Positions 1-9,511 of a DNA stretch of 64,000 bases are shown here, one piece after another. Below the pieces are notes generated by a model. The model was not told the origin of the DNA and ran no database searches. It saw only the letters and a program-made list of their open reading frames with translations. Source of the DNA: an uncultured delta proteobacterium (lineage in GTDB: Bacteria; Desulfobacterota; Syntrophia; Syntrophales; UBA2192); NCBI GenBank assembly GCA_963705165.1, contig CAVPJD010000012.1, positions 32,001 to 96,000 on the forward strand, given 5' to 3'. Within the stretch, counting starts at the first letter, position 1. Every line of letters starts with the position of its first letter. A program made the translations under genes and the position numbers.

Positions 1-11
1 CCGACGCGTGG

Positions 12-1001
12 GTGGAAAGCGAACCCGGCATACAGATATTTGTCCGTGAAATCAGGGCCTCCATGAAGGAAGAGGTGGGGACCCCCGTGCTCCTCATCCA
101 CGGGGGCGGCCCGGGGAGCCTTCCCAACTTCGACCCCACGGTTCCGAACTACTCCCTGGCCGAGGATATCGCCAGCGTGGGTCACATCGTCTATATGATG
201 GACGTGCGCGGTTTCGGCAACTCCTCAAAGCCGGCGGCCCTGGATTCGACGGATGCGAAGGCGCCGCCCGCGGTAAGCTCCGATGAGGCCGTGAAGGACA
301 TCTCGGCCGTCGTGGACTGGATCCTGCGCCGCAGCAGGGAAAGCAAGGCGGCCCTTGTGGGCCTCGGCGCGGGCGGGAACTGGGCCGCCCTGTACACGAC
401 AAAAAGCAGCGACAAGGTGAGCCACCTGGTCCTGGTCAACGCCCTGTACGGCGTCAAGGCGCCATGGAAGCCGGGCAAGGCCTTCGAGGACCCGAAGAAC
501 CCCGGAGCGTTCAACCCCTGGGCCGGCGCATTCTATCTGGCCGATGCGAGAGGGCTCATGGCCGACTGGGACGGGGCCATCCCCGGCGGGGACAAGTCGG
601 TGTGGCGCGACCCGCGCGTGGCCGTGGCCTACGTGAAGCTGGCGCTTGCCGGTGACGCGACGGCGAACACGCGCACACCGCCCGGCATCCGCATCCCGGG
701 GGCTTTTCGCAAGGAACACTTCGAGATGTCGCAGGGGAAGAAATTCTGGGACGCGAAGGACATCCTCGTGCCGACGCTCTACGTGCGGGGGACCCTCGAT
801 GACTGGTCGCGGCCGGAAGACCTGCAGTCCCTTCATGCAGAGCTTATCAATGCACCGCAAAAACAGTTCGTCGTGATTCACGACGCCACGCACTTCCTCC
901 ACCTCGACCGGCCGGAGAAGGGGCGCGCGGCCTTCATCCAGGAGCTGCTCGTGTTCCTCGGCAACCGCCTGCCGGCGGACAAAGCGGGCAAGAAGAAATG
1001 A
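12..1001 (+). CDS. Alpha/beta hydrolase fold protein (probably 5'-truncated by the window edge)
   Basis: PVLLIHGGG, DVRGFGNS, GLGAGG at the nucleophile elbow (Ser replaced by Gly), C-terminal ATHFLH; the frame is open back to the window start. Confidence 0.75.
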   Translation: MESEPGIQIFVREIRASMKEEVGTPVLLIHGGGPGSLPNFDPTVPNYSLAEDIASVGHIVYMMDVRGFGNSSKPAALDSTDAKAPPAVSSDEAVKDISAVVDWILRRSRESKAALVGLGAGGNWAALYTTKSSDKVSHLVLVNALYGVKAPWKPGKAFEDPKNPGAFNPWAGAFYLADARGLMADWDGAIPGGDKSVWRDPRVAVAYVKLALAGDATANTRTPPGIRIPGAFRKEHFEMSQGKKFWDAKDILVPTLYVRGTLDDWSRPEDLQSLHAELINAPQKQFVVIHDATHFLHLDRPEKGRAAFIQELLVFLGNRLPADKAGKKK

Positions 1002-1009
1002 AGACAGCG

Positions 1010-1045
1010 AGACCCGGCCGCCTCAGGGAGGGCCGGGTCTTCTTC
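1010..1045. terminator. Hairpin terminator between convergent genes
   Basis: AGACCCGGCC...GGCCGGGTCT stem followed by a T-rich tail. Confidence 0.6.
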
Positions 1046-1066
1046 GTTTGAGCAACCCGCGTCGTC

Positions 1067-1417
1067 TTACTCGTATTCCTTGGGTACGGCGCAGATCATG
1101 ACCATGGGGTCTTTGGCCGAAGCGTTCTTGTACTGGTGCTTCTCGTCGGGCAGCACCAGGACGAATTCGCCCTTCTTCACGGGACGCTCGCCGCCGGCCT
1201 CATCCACCACGACTCCCTCGCCCTCGATGATGTAGTTCATGTGCTCCACGCTGTGGGTGTGGTAAGGCGTGTGGCCGCCGGGCAGGATCGTGAATACCCG
1301 GAAGGAGAAATTGGGTGCGCCGTCATTTTTTGACAGGGGCACCTGCTTCAGGACATCCTTTGCCCCTTCCATCGTCATCTTTACCTTCTCAATCTTATCG
1401 AGACCTGTTATCTTCAT
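1067..1417 (-). CDS. Cupin-2 domain protein
   Basis: PGGHTPYHTH..EH..YIIEGEG and PDEKHQY cupin motifs; GGGAGG RBS before MKITG. Confidence 0.85.
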   Translation of the reverse strand: MKITGLDKIEKVKMTMEGAKDVLKQVPLSKNDGAPNFSFRVFTILPGGHTPYHTHSVEHMNYIIEGEGVVVDEAGGERPVKKGEFVLVLPDEKHQYKNASAKDPMVMICAVPKEYE

Positions 1418-1469
1418 CGTGTCCTCCCTGTAAGGTGCTATCCATTGATTATAGGGGAAGGAAGCCATT

Positions 1470-2417
1470 ATGCAAAGGATATTTCAATCCACCCTGGCGA
1501 AACGATCCCTCCTCCTGGCAGTAGCCTGCCTGCTGCTCACGACCTGCCCGGCATTCGGGGAAGGCGGCCAGGGGAAGGACGCCCCGTTGTCGCTTCGCCA
1601 CGACGGCCGGGTGCGGACGTACCTCGTCCACCTGCCGGCATCCTACAGCAAGGACAAGGCCTGGCCCGTGGTCCTCGTTCTGCACGGCGGGGGCGGCCAC
1701 GGGGAGCAGATGGCGGAGATGACGGGCTTCAGCCGCAAGGCGGACCGGGAGGGCTTCATCGCCGTCTACCCCAACGGCTCGGGGCGCTGGCAGACCCGCT
1801 TCCTCACCTGGAACTCCGGCAACTGCTGCGCCTGGGCCTATGAGAACCGGATCGACGATGCGGGCTTCATCCGTGCCCTGATCGGAAAGCTGAAGCAGGA
1901 TTACGCCGTGGACGGCAGACGTGTCTTCGCCACGGGGATCTCCAACGGCGCCATGATGAGCTACCGTCTTGCCTGCGAGCTCTCGGATCTGATCGCCGCG
2001 ATCGGGGCCGTGGCGGGCGCACAGAACATCGAGTGCAGACCGGTACAGCCCGTCTCCGTGGTCATCCTGCACGGTACGGCGGACCTGCACGTCCTCTACA
2101 AAGGGGGTGCGCCCCTTCGCATGGTCGATGTCCGTAACCCGAGGGTCGACCGTCCCGTCTCGGAGGCCGTGGCCTTCTGGGTGAAGCACAACCGCTGCGG
2201 GGAATCCCCCGCGAAAGAAAACAAAGGCAAGGTGGCCGTCGAAAGCTACGGAGGCTGCGCGGCGGGCACGGCCGTGACCCTCTACACCCTCCAGGACGAG
2301 GGACACACCTGGCCCGGCGGCACGAAGTGGGCCTTCTGGGCCGATGAGCCCTCCCGCGAGATCTCCGCCACCGACGTGACCTGGGAGTTCTTCAAGGATC
2401 ACCCGAGGCGTAACTGA
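1470..2417 (+). CDS. Secreted PHB-depolymerase/LpqC-like esterase
   Basis: Signal peptide, LVLHGGGG, WNSGNCC, GISNGA nucleophile, HGTAD, GHTWPG. Confidence 0.85.
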   Translation: MQRIFQSTLAKRSLLLAVACLLLTTCPAFGEGGQGKDAPLSLRHDGRVRTYLVHLPASYSKDKAWPVVLVLHGGGGHGEQMAEMTGFSRKADREGFIAVYPNGSGRWQTRFLTWNSGNCCAWAYENRIDDAGFIRALIGKLKQDYAVDGRRVFATGISNGAMMSYRLACELSDLIAAIGAVAGAQNIECRPVQPVSVVILHGTADLHVLYKGGAPLRMVDVRNPRVDRPVSEAVAFWVKHNRCGESPAKENKGKVAVESYGGCAAGTAVTLYTLQDEGHTWPGGTKWAFWADEPSREISATDVTWEFFKDHPRRN

Positions 2418-2503
2418 CACCGGCGGCCGCGTTTTCCGCTATTGACCCTCCACCCCGTTCCCTGTAAATTGGTTCTCGCAAAGACCACACCCGGGAGAAA
2501 GCC

Positions 2504-2995
2504 ATGCGTAAAAACCTGCTCGTCCTCATGCTTGCCGGGGTTTTCCTCATCGGGATTGCCGCCTCTGCCCCGGTTGCCGAGGCGGGAGCGGAAAACGACA
2601 AGCTCAAGGTCAAGGTGGGGCCCTTCTTCATCCAGGAATCGGAAAAGAAGATCAACCTCGAGGGCACCACCCCCCATGTCGTGCGAAAGGGAAAGCGGAT
2701 CAACATCACCGTGACGATCGAGAACTACGGCAAGGAGAAATCCGAGCCTGTCCGGCTTAAATACGTGGAAACGGGCAAGAAGGCGGGCGAACCCCGCTTC
2801 TACAGGGTCCAGGCGATCGAGCCCGGAAAGAAATGGGAGAGGACCTTCATGGCCCGCTTCGACGAATCGGGCCGCAAGTCGGTTACGGCAACCCTTGTCA
2901 CATTGGAGAACCAGCCCCTGGCCGATGAAAAGGGAAAGCCCCGGCCCGACACGTCGCACACGGGCTCTGTCACCTTGACCGTGAAGGAGATGTAA
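2504..2995 (+). CDS. Secreted hypothetical protein, possibly CARDB/Ig-like beta-sandwich
   Basis: Signal peptide; ITVTIENYG and alternating beta-strand pattern. Confidence 0.6.
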   Translation: MRKNLLVLMLAGVFLIGIAASAPVAEAGAENDKLKVKVGPFFIQESEKKINLEGTTPHVVRKGKRINITVTIENYGKEKSEPVRLKYVETGKKAGEPRFYRVQAIEPGKKWERTFMARFDESGRKSVTATLVTLENQPLADEKGKPRPDTSHTGSVTLTVKEM

Positions 2996-3018
2996 GGCGG
3001 GGGCTGAGAGGTGTCATC

Positions 3019-3273
3019 ATGGACGCGCCAACATTAATCGGATCGCTGGGAGTGGCCCTGCTGCTCCTGGCTTTTTTTCTGAGCCTTTTCAAATTCATCG
3101 CCCAGGACGGGTTCGCCTACATCGGGATGAACATCGCCGGCGCGGGGCTTGCGTGCTGGTCCTCGTGGGTCATCGCCTTCATGCCCTTCGTCGTCCTCGA
3201 GGCCGTCTGGTGCCTGGTGGCCGTGGCGGCCCTCGTGAAGTCGCTCCGCTCGCCCCACGCGCAGGCATCCTGA
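3019..3273 (+). CDS. Small membrane protein (CBU_0592-like)
   Basis: IGSLGVALLLLAFFL...MNIAGA...PFVVLEAVW, three hydrophobic segments, GAGG RBS. Confidence 0.7.
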   Translation: MDAPTLIGSLGVALLLLAFFLSLFKFIAQDGFAYIGMNIAGAGLACWSSWVIAFMPFVVLEAVWCLVAVAALVKSLRSPHAQAS

Positions 3274-3288
3274 AAGGAGATGCAGCCC

Positions 3289-3603
3289 ATGGACAACCCG
3301 AACCTCTTTACGGCCCTGGCTTACTATACGGTCTCGGGCTTCCTCGACCCGATCCAGTGGCTGCTCTGCGGCATTTGCGGCTGGTCGGTGGAGAGGCTCG
3401 ACCAGTCCATGATCGCCGGGGCCGCCATGGTCAGCGTGCTCTACATCGCGATGGCCGCGTTCTATCCCGACGGAAAGCTCTTCTCCTTCCCGACTCCCCA
3501 CGTGGGGATCGCCATCCTGGGGAAGGCGATCGGAGCCGTCCTGATGACGGGGCTCATTCACTGGCTCAAGCAGAGACAACTCAATCGCAAGACACGAAGC
3601 TAG
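3289..3603 (+). CDS. Hypothetical membrane protein
   Basis: Hydrophobic ORF with genome-like codon usage, AAGGAG RBS; start could be 3280. Confidence 0.55.
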   Translation: MDNPNLFTALAYYTVSGFLDPIQWLLCGICGWSVERLDQSMIAGAAMVSVLYIAMAAFYPDGKLFSFPTPHVGIAILGKAIGAVLMTGLIHWLKQRQLNRKTRS

Positions 3604-3651
3604 GAAGAGCGGAAGAAGAGAGAGGCAAAGAAAAATGAAAAAGAACAGAAA

Positions 3652-4341
3652 ATGAAGATCGGCGGATTCCAGAAGGTGTCCCTCATCGACTACCCCGGCA
3701 GGATCAGCGCCGTCGTGTTCACCCAGGGCTGCAATTTCCGCTGCCCCTTCTGCCACAACCCCGAGCTGGTGGACCCGGAGCGCTTCGAGGGCCTGATTCC
3801 GGAGCCGGAGATCCTCGCGTTTCTCGAGAAGCGCAAGGGGCGTCTCGATGCCGTCGTCATCACGGGAGGCGAGCCGACCCTGCAGCCCGAGCTGATCCCC
3901 TTCATCATCCGCCTCAAGGTGATGGGCTACCGGATCAAGCTCGACACCAACGGGGCCCTTCCCGACGTGCTCGAGGAGATGCTCGGCCGCAAGCTCCTGG
4001 ATTACGTGGCCATGGACATCAAGGCACCCCTGGAGCGTTACGGCGAGGTGACCAAGACGAAGACGGACGGCCAGCGGATTCTCAAGAGCATCTCCCGCAT
4101 CATGGGCTCCGGCGTCGATTATGAGTTCCGGACGACGGCCGTCAAGTCCCTGCTCGGCCCGGGGGAGCTCGAAGAGATCGGGCGGCTTGTTCCCGGCGCA
4201 AAGCGATTCGTGCTCCAGAAATTCGTCCCGACGAAGACGCTGGACCGGAGCTACCTCACCGAGTCGTCCTACAGCGACAGCGAGTTGAAGGCGATCGTCG
4301 AGAAACTCGCCGCAACCGTGGAAAAGGCGACACACCGGTAG
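3652..4341 (+). CDS. nrdG: Anaerobic ribonucleoside-triphosphate reductase activating protein (radical SAM)
   Basis: SLIDYPG..SAVVFTQGCNFRCPFCHNP, TGGEPTLQ, KLDTNG, YEFRTT. Confidence 0.85.
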   Translation: MKIGGFQKVSLIDYPGRISAVVFTQGCNFRCPFCHNPELVDPERFEGLIPEPEILAFLEKRKGRLDAVVITGGEPTLQPELIPFIIRLKVMGYRIKLDTNGALPDVLEEMLGRKLLDYVAMDIKAPLERYGEVTKTKTDGQRILKSISRIMGSGVDYEFRTTAVKSLLGPGELEEIGRLVPGAKRFVLQKFVPTKTLDRSYLTESSYSDSELKAIVEKLAATVEKATHR

Positions 4342-4351
4342 GCACGGACAA

Positions 4352-4435
4352 GGTATCAGGTATCTGGTATCTGGTTACAGGACCCAGCCCCAGAACCTTC
4401 TTTACCTGACACCTGTAACCTGTAACCTGTCACCT
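4352..4435. repeat. Inverted pair of heptamer tandem repeats
   Basis: GGTATCA/GGTATCT/GGTTACA run facing an ACCTGTA/ACCTGTC run. Confidence 0.7.
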
Positions 4436-4454
4436 CGAGAAGCCGCACCGCGGC

Positions 4455-4598
4455 ATGACTGGACAGACGCGAATACTTCTGCGCTTTTTCCGCCTCATCG
4501 GGAAAATGTTCTTCCGCGAGATCGTCATTGAAGGGCGGGAGAACCTGCCCGCGTCGGGTCCCTTGATTCTCGCATCGAACCCGCCCGTTGCCTCATAA
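4455..4598 (+). pseudogene. N-terminal remnant of a PlsC-like acyltransferase
   Basis: MTGQTRILLRFFRLIGKMFFREIVIEGRENLPASGPLILASN ends exactly where the NHxxxxD motif should be and runs into the IS end. Confidence 0.65.
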
Positions 4599-5897
4599 AT
4601 AAATGTTACCGAAGGGGAGCTGCAGATCGCTGACTGGAGAGAGCCCCCTTATAGCAGGCTTTGAAGATTTTTTTAAGTTTGATTTCTATGGCCTCTCGGA
4701 GCACAAAGGGGTTCAGTGAGCGGAACTGAGCGGTCAGCCTGATTTTGGTTTTCCGAGGGATGTATTTGGATTCCATGATTCTTTGATACGGGGTTTTGGG
4801 CTTGTCGTAACGTTTGCGGGTTTTGGAGCCAATGCGTTCTTTTTCCAGCAGCTTCACCGACGGGCAGAAGAAGTTGTGGAAGAGCCGCCACTCGGAGCGA
4901 TACAGTTCGTTGAGCAGGGGCACGAGGCAAGGGTCGTCAAAGCGTTCGTAGCCGAGCCACTGGCGGATATGGGTCCAGTTTTTCTGTTCGACGTGGGCGT
5001 TGTCGTCTTTTCGGTAGGCACGGCTTCGGGTGAACAGAACGGGCTGGGGACGTTCGGTGAAGTGGCGGTGCAGGTGATGGTTCAAAAACTCGCCGCCGTT
5101 ATCGCAGTCGAAGCCCAGGATGGCAAAGGGAAGGTGCTGCTCGATGTCCTGGAGCTCTTTCAGGATGCCCTGTTCGCCGCGCCCCCAGACGGCCCGCTGT
5201 TCGGTCCAGCCGGTGGCGATATCGACGCAGTCGAGGCTGTTGACGAACTGGCCGGCCATGGAGGAGCCGCAGTGGGCGACGGTGTCCGCCTCCAGGAAGC
5301 CCGGGCACGTTTGATCCCACTGGTTGGTGCCCAGGGGGATCTGGTTGCGCAGCAGGGCGCCCGGTTTGGTGGTGGATCGTCCCCGATGGGCCATCGCACT
5401 GCGGGTGGGTTTCAGCAGGCGGTCGATGGTGGCCGCTGAGATCCTCAGCAGGGCCGCCTTGATCTCCGGGCTCAGAGCCCCGAAGGAGGCCTCATAGCCC
5501 GGCAGCCACAACGACAGGATGGGATTGAGACGCTTGGAGCAGGGCAGATTGGCCGACAGCCAGATCTTCTTGAGGGGTTTGCGGATTGCGTCGCAATCAT
5601 AGAGCGACTTGCGTCCCCGCTTCTTGGCTTTGGGCTGGGTGAAGCGTTTGAAGCCGCGCAATTGCCGGATGGCGTGCTTGCGGTGCTGGCCGCACGTGGC
5701 GCAGTACTCATCGAGGATACGGCTCTTCTGTGCCCGGGTGGCATTCTTGTATCGACGATGAAGGGCTTCGAGATATTCCCGTTTGGCTCGTGGACTCATA
5801 AACACAGCTCCTGGAGAAGGTCTCTCCCGGTAACATGAATTATGAGTCAACGACCTTTTGAAAACTCACGCCCGGTAACATTTATTGTGAGGCAATT
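4587..5897 (-). mobile_element. Insertion sequence with rve-type DDE transposase (family unassigned, ISNCY-like)
   Basis: TTGCCTCATAAATAAATGTTACCG (4588-4611) is inverted relative to CGGTAACATTTATTGTGAGGCAA (5873-5895); an extra inner copy lies at 5828-5852; CGCCC direct repeat at 4582-4586 and 5898-5902. Confidence 0.8.
4606..5799 (-). CDS. DDE/integrase-core transposase
   Basis: N-terminal HTH; GFLEADTVAHCG, FDCDNGGEF, RSRAYRKDDNAHVEQKN (D-D-E). Confidence 0.9.
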   Translation of the reverse strand: MSPRAKREYLEALHRRYKNATRAQKSRILDEYCATCGQHRKHAIRQLRGFKRFTQPKAKKRGRKSLYDCDAIRKPLKKIWLSANLPCSKRLNPILSLWLPGYEASFGALSPEIKAALLRISAATIDRLLKPTRSAMAHRGRSTTKPGALLRNQIPLGTNQWDQTCPGFLEADTVAHCGSSMAGQFVNSLDCVDIATGWTEQRAVWGRGEQGILKELQDIEQHLPFAILGFDCDNGGEFLNHHLHRHFTERPQPVLFTRSRAYRKDDNAHVEQKNWTHIRQWLGYERFDDPCLVPLLNELYRSEWRLFHNFFCPSVKLLEKERIGSKTRKRYDKPKTPYQRIMESKYIPRKTKIRLTAQFRSLNPFVLREAIEIKLKKIFKACYKGALSSQRSAAPLR

Positions 5898-6024
5898 CGC
5901 CCGTTAAAATGAGTTTTTCTTTGAACCGTTTTTTCGGTATACTGTTCGCCGAGAGAGGTTAGAATCCCGCCCCTGAACAACCCTGCGCCCGGCATCGCCG
6001 GGCCTATCGCAAAAAGGAGGTCCC

Positions 6025-6720
6025 ATGAAACGCTTCTACATCATGCTGATCGCGGCAGCCATCATCGGCGCCTTTCTGACCGTCCCCGGCATGGCCCTGG
6101 CCACTGACAAGGCCGATGCCCAGGCAACTGTCACCAAGGCAAACATGACCTTCAACAGCTTCATGTCCGACAAGAACTTTACGGAAATGAGAAAGCTTTC
6201 GCGATCGGCAAAGGGCATCTTCATCGCCCCGCAGGTGCTCAAGGGCGCCTTCGTTTGGGGCGTCTCGGGCGGCACGGGGGTACTCCTCGTGCGCGAAGAA
6301 GGCGGGAAGTTTACCCATCCGGCCTTCTACACCATCGGGAGCGTGAGCTTCGGGTTCCAGATCGGCGGCCAGGCCTCGGAGGTCATCCTGCTGGCCATGA
6401 CCGACAGGGGAGTGACGACCCTGCTGCAGAACAGCGTCAAGCTGGGCGCCGACGTGGGCATCGCAGCCGGACCTTACGGCGCGGGAGCCCAGGCCGCCAC
6501 GGCAAACATCAGCGCCGACATCCTGTCCTTCTCTCGCTCCAAGGGGCTCTACGGAGGGGTTTCGCTGGACGGCGCCATCGTGGACGTTCGTGACAGCCTG
6601 AACAAGGCCTATTACGGCAAGCCCGTCACGCCGACGGACATCCTGGTGAAGAAGAACGTCTCCAATGCCCATGCCGACAAGCTTCGCGCCAGCGTCGCCA
6701 AGATCTCCGGCGGGAAGTGA
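6025..6720 (+). CDS. SYLF/Ysc84 lipid-binding domain protein, secreted
   Basis: Signal peptide; KGAFVWGVSGGTGVL, GFQIGGQ, SRSKGLYGGVSLDG. Confidence 0.9.
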   Translation: MKRFYIMLIAAAIIGAFLTVPGMALATDKADAQATVTKANMTFNSFMSDKNFTEMRKLSRSAKGIFIAPQVLKGAFVWGVSGGTGVLLVREEGGKFTHPAFYTIGSVSFGFQIGGQASEVILLAMTDRGVTTLLQNSVKLGADVGIAAGPYGAGAQAATANISADILSFSRSKGLYGGVSLDGAIVDVRDSLNKAYYGKPVTPTDILVKKNVSNAHADKLRASVAKISGGK

Positions 6721-6745
6721 TCCCGGGGGCATGACGATCGAACCG

Positions 6746-6777
6746 AAAAACCCTTCGCCCGCCGCGGAGGGTTTTTT
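6746..6777 (+). terminator. Rho-independent terminator
   Basis: CCCTTCGC-loop-GCGGAGGG followed by T6 and preceded by A5. Confidence 0.75.
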
Positions 6778-6800
6778 GTGACGCAGACAGGATTCGGGAA

Positions 6801-8102
6801 ATGAAGGAAGACCGCAAGTCCATATTCGGGTGGGTCCTGTACGACTGGGCGAACTCGGCCTTTGCCACGACCGTCATGGCCTCCTTCTTCCCGATTTTCT
6901 TCAAGGAATACTGGACCGTGGGGGCCGACCCCGTGGTCAGCACGGCAAAGCTGGGGCTTGCCAACGCGGCGGCGGGAATCCTGGTGGCGCTCATGGCGCC
7001 TGTTCTCGGGGCCATCGCCGACCGGGGTGAGGCAAAAAAGAAGTTTCTGCTCTTTTTCGCCGCAATCGGCATCCTGGCAACCTCGACCCTTTACCTGGTC
7101 CCCAAAGGCAACTGGCAGATGGCCGCGGCATGCTACGTCTTTGCCATGATGGGCTTTGCCGGGTCCATCATCTTCTACGACTCGCTGCTGACGACGGTGG
7201 CCACGGAGGCGCGAAGGGATTTCGTCTCGTCGCTGGGCTTTTCCATCGGATACCTCGGGGGCGGGGTGCTCTTTGCCCTCAATGTGTGGATGACCCTCTC
7301 GCCTGCCACATTCGGCCTGCCCGACAGCGGCGAGGGCGTCAAGCTCTCCTTTCTTTCCGTGGGACTCTGGTGGGCGGCCTTCTCCCTTCCCCTGATCTTC
7401 CTCGTCCGGGAGCGCACCGGCACGGTGAAAAAAGCCCGGAGAGCCGTCATCCGGGAAGGCCTCGGCCAGCTGCGCGACACCGTCAGGGAGATCCGCCACA
7501 TGAAGACGATCTGCCTCTTTCTTGCGGCATACTGGCTCTACATCGACGGCGTCGATACGATCATCGTCATGGCTCTCGACTACGGCCTGTCCATCGGCTT
7601 CAAGGCCGAAGACCTGATCGTCGCGCTGCTCATCACCCAGTTCATCGGTTTCCCCTCGGCCCTCTTTTTCGGCCATCTGGGCGAGCGGATCGGAGCGAAG
7701 CAGGCCATCCTCATCGGCATTGCCGTCTATCTGTTCATCACGATCTACGCCGCCTTCATCGACGACAAGCGGGAGTTTTTCATCCTCGCCTGCATCATCG
7801 GGCTCGTCCAGGGCGGCGTACAGGCCCTCAGCCGCTCCCTGTACTCCCGGATCATCCCCGCGGACAAGTCGGCCGAATTCTTCGGCTTCTACAACATGCT
7901 GAGCCGCTTTGCCACCGTCGCCGGGCCCGTCCTGATCGCGATGACCGGCATCGCGGCCCGATCCATGGGCTATGAAGGCAGCACGGCCTCGCGGATCGGC
8001 ATCGTTTCCGTGGCGATTTTATTCCTGGCAGGCGGGCTCATTCTGCGCTTCGTCGATGAGGACAAGGGAAAGGAAGAGCTGCGGTACCTGTCCGGTCGTT
8101 AA
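6801..8102 (+). CDS. MFS transporter, UMF1/Atg22 (YxiO-like) family
   Basis: WVLYDWANSAF, VSSLGFSIGYLGG, GGVQALSRSLY..IIP..KSAEFFGFY. Confidence 0.9.
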   Translation: MKEDRKSIFGWVLYDWANSAFATTVMASFFPIFFKEYWTVGADPVVSTAKLGLANAAAGILVALMAPVLGAIADRGEAKKKFLLFFAAIGILATSTLYLVPKGNWQMAAACYVFAMMGFAGSIIFYDSLLTTVATEARRDFVSSLGFSIGYLGGGVLFALNVWMTLSPATFGLPDSGEGVKLSFLSVGLWWAAFSLPLIFLVRERTGTVKKARRAVIREGLGQLRDTVREIRHMKTICLFLAAYWLYIDGVDTIIVMALDYGLSIGFKAEDLIVALLITQFIGFPSALFFGHLGERIGAKQAILIGIAVYLFITIYAAFIDDKREFFILACIIGLVQGGVQALSRSLYSRIIPADKSAEFFGFYNMLSRFATVAGPVLIAMTGIAARSMGYEGSTASRIGIVSVAILFLAGGLILRFVDEDKGKEELRYLSGR

Positions 8103-8226
8103 CCCCTCTACTACTTTTTTCGTAGAAACTTTCAGCCTGCCGTCGTATTGATCTCACGAGAGATTTTGTGATTAGTTGTCACCACTGCACAACGACCGGC
8201 CCGAACGGACAGGAGGGGGGATCGTA

Positions 8227-8601
8227 ATGGACGGAATTTGCTGCACCCTGCAGACCCGATCCGCATGGATCGAGGCGCTCATCGCCGACCGCAAAAGCCC
8301 GCTGATGTTCTTCCTGGCCGTCCTGATTATGAGCCTTAACATCACTGATGCCTTCTTTACCGAGATCATCATCGCCCACGGGGGATGGGAGGTCAACCCG
8401 ATCGCCCGGGCGGCCATTGCCACCTTCGGCGATTATTTCTGGCTCTGGAAGCACGGGGTGGTCTCCCTGGCGGTCATCATGCTGAGCAGCCACATCCATC
8501 TGCGGATGGCAAGGGTGTGTCTTGCAACGGCTGCCTGCATCTACAGCGGCGTGACGGTGTGGCACCTGATACTCATCGACAGTCTCTACCCCTTCATCTA
8601 G
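8227..8601 (+). CDS. Membrane protein, DUF5658-like
   Basis: LNITDAFFT...GGWEVNPI...WK motif; GGAGG RBS. Confidence 0.65.
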   Translation: MDGICCTLQTRSAWIEALIADRKSPLMFFLAVLIMSLNITDAFFTEIIIAHGGWEVNPIARAAIATFGDYFWLWKHGVVSLAVIMLSSHIHLRMARVCLATAACIYSGVTVWHLILIDSLYPFI

Positions 8602-8621
8602 CCGCGTAGCGGCTATGAAGA

Positions 8622-8706
8622 CGTGGCTAGTGACTTGTGGCTAGTGAAAAAGATGGAACTGGGAAGCTGGTCATTTTCTTTCACAAGCCACTAACCACTA
8701 GCCACT
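8622..8706. repeat. Inverted heptamer tandem repeats (GTGGCTA / TAGCCAC) between convergent genes
   Basis: Related runs at 19626-19665 and 22024-22117. Confidence 0.75.
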
Positions 8707-8720
8707 TCTTTCACTGCGCG

Positions 8721-9398
8721 TCAGCGCCGTGCCCGTCCCCTGTCCGTACCGTCGCTGACGATCAGCACCTGGTAATTGATGTCCCACAGGGCCTTCAGGA
8801 AGTCATCCATCCGGGGGCCTTCCACCCGGATCATGACGAGGCATCTCTTGCTGCCTTTCAAAGGGTGGACTAGGACCGTCTGCAGGTCGAGCCGGTAGCG
8901 CTTGCACAGCTCCACGACGCCGTAGATGATATTCTGCTTCTCCCCGGCGGGAACGCTGAAGCAGATGCGCACATTGTTGTCGCCGGCCCGCGCGATGCCG
9001 CAGAGCGCCTCCAGGACATCGCAGTCCGTGATGATGCCCACAAGGTGATCTTCCTTCAGAACCGGCAGGGCGCCGATCTTTTTCTCCCTCATCAAGGCCC
9101 CGACATCTTCGAGTGCCGTGTTCGGGCCGCAGGTGACAAGCTCCCTTGTCATGGCCTCGCCCACGGCATGCTTGCCGAGGTTCTCGATGTCGGAGGGTGG
9201 CAGTTCCCCTTTCAGCCTCACAGGGTTCACATAGGGGTAGAGATCGGAGAGGGTGATGATGCCGCAGAGCTTGTTTTCGCCCGACATGACCGGCAACCGC
9301 CGGATGTCGTGCTTCAGCATCAGGTTCAATGCATCGTACAGGGTCGTTTTTTCCAGGGCGACAATGGGGTATTCGGACATCCAATATCGGACCAGCAT
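8721..9398 (-). CDS. CBS-pair plus ACT-like protein (AcuB-like)
   Basis: MLVRYWMS, IRRLPV, GIITLSD, KIGALPV, GIITDCD, C-terminal ACT-like region. Confidence 0.8.
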   Translation of the reverse strand: MLVRYWMSEYPIVALEKTTLYDALNLMLKHDIRRLPVMSGENKLCGIITLSDLYPYVNPVRLKGELPPSDIENLGKHAVGEAMTRELVTCGPNTALEDVGALMREKKIGALPVLKEDHLVGIITDCDVLEALCGIARAGDNNVRICFSVPAGEKQNIIYGVVELCKRYRLDLQTVLVHPLKGSKRCLVMIRVEGPRMDDFLKALWDINYQVLIVSDGTDRGRARR

Positions 9399-9511
9399 CT
9401 CTGCACCCCGCGGAAAAGATTTTCCTGCCCCGATATGATAACAATTTTCGTGCCAAAGGCGGCGACGGCACGGCTCACAGCCTGAACCCGGAGCGATACT
9501 CCCCGGATGCA

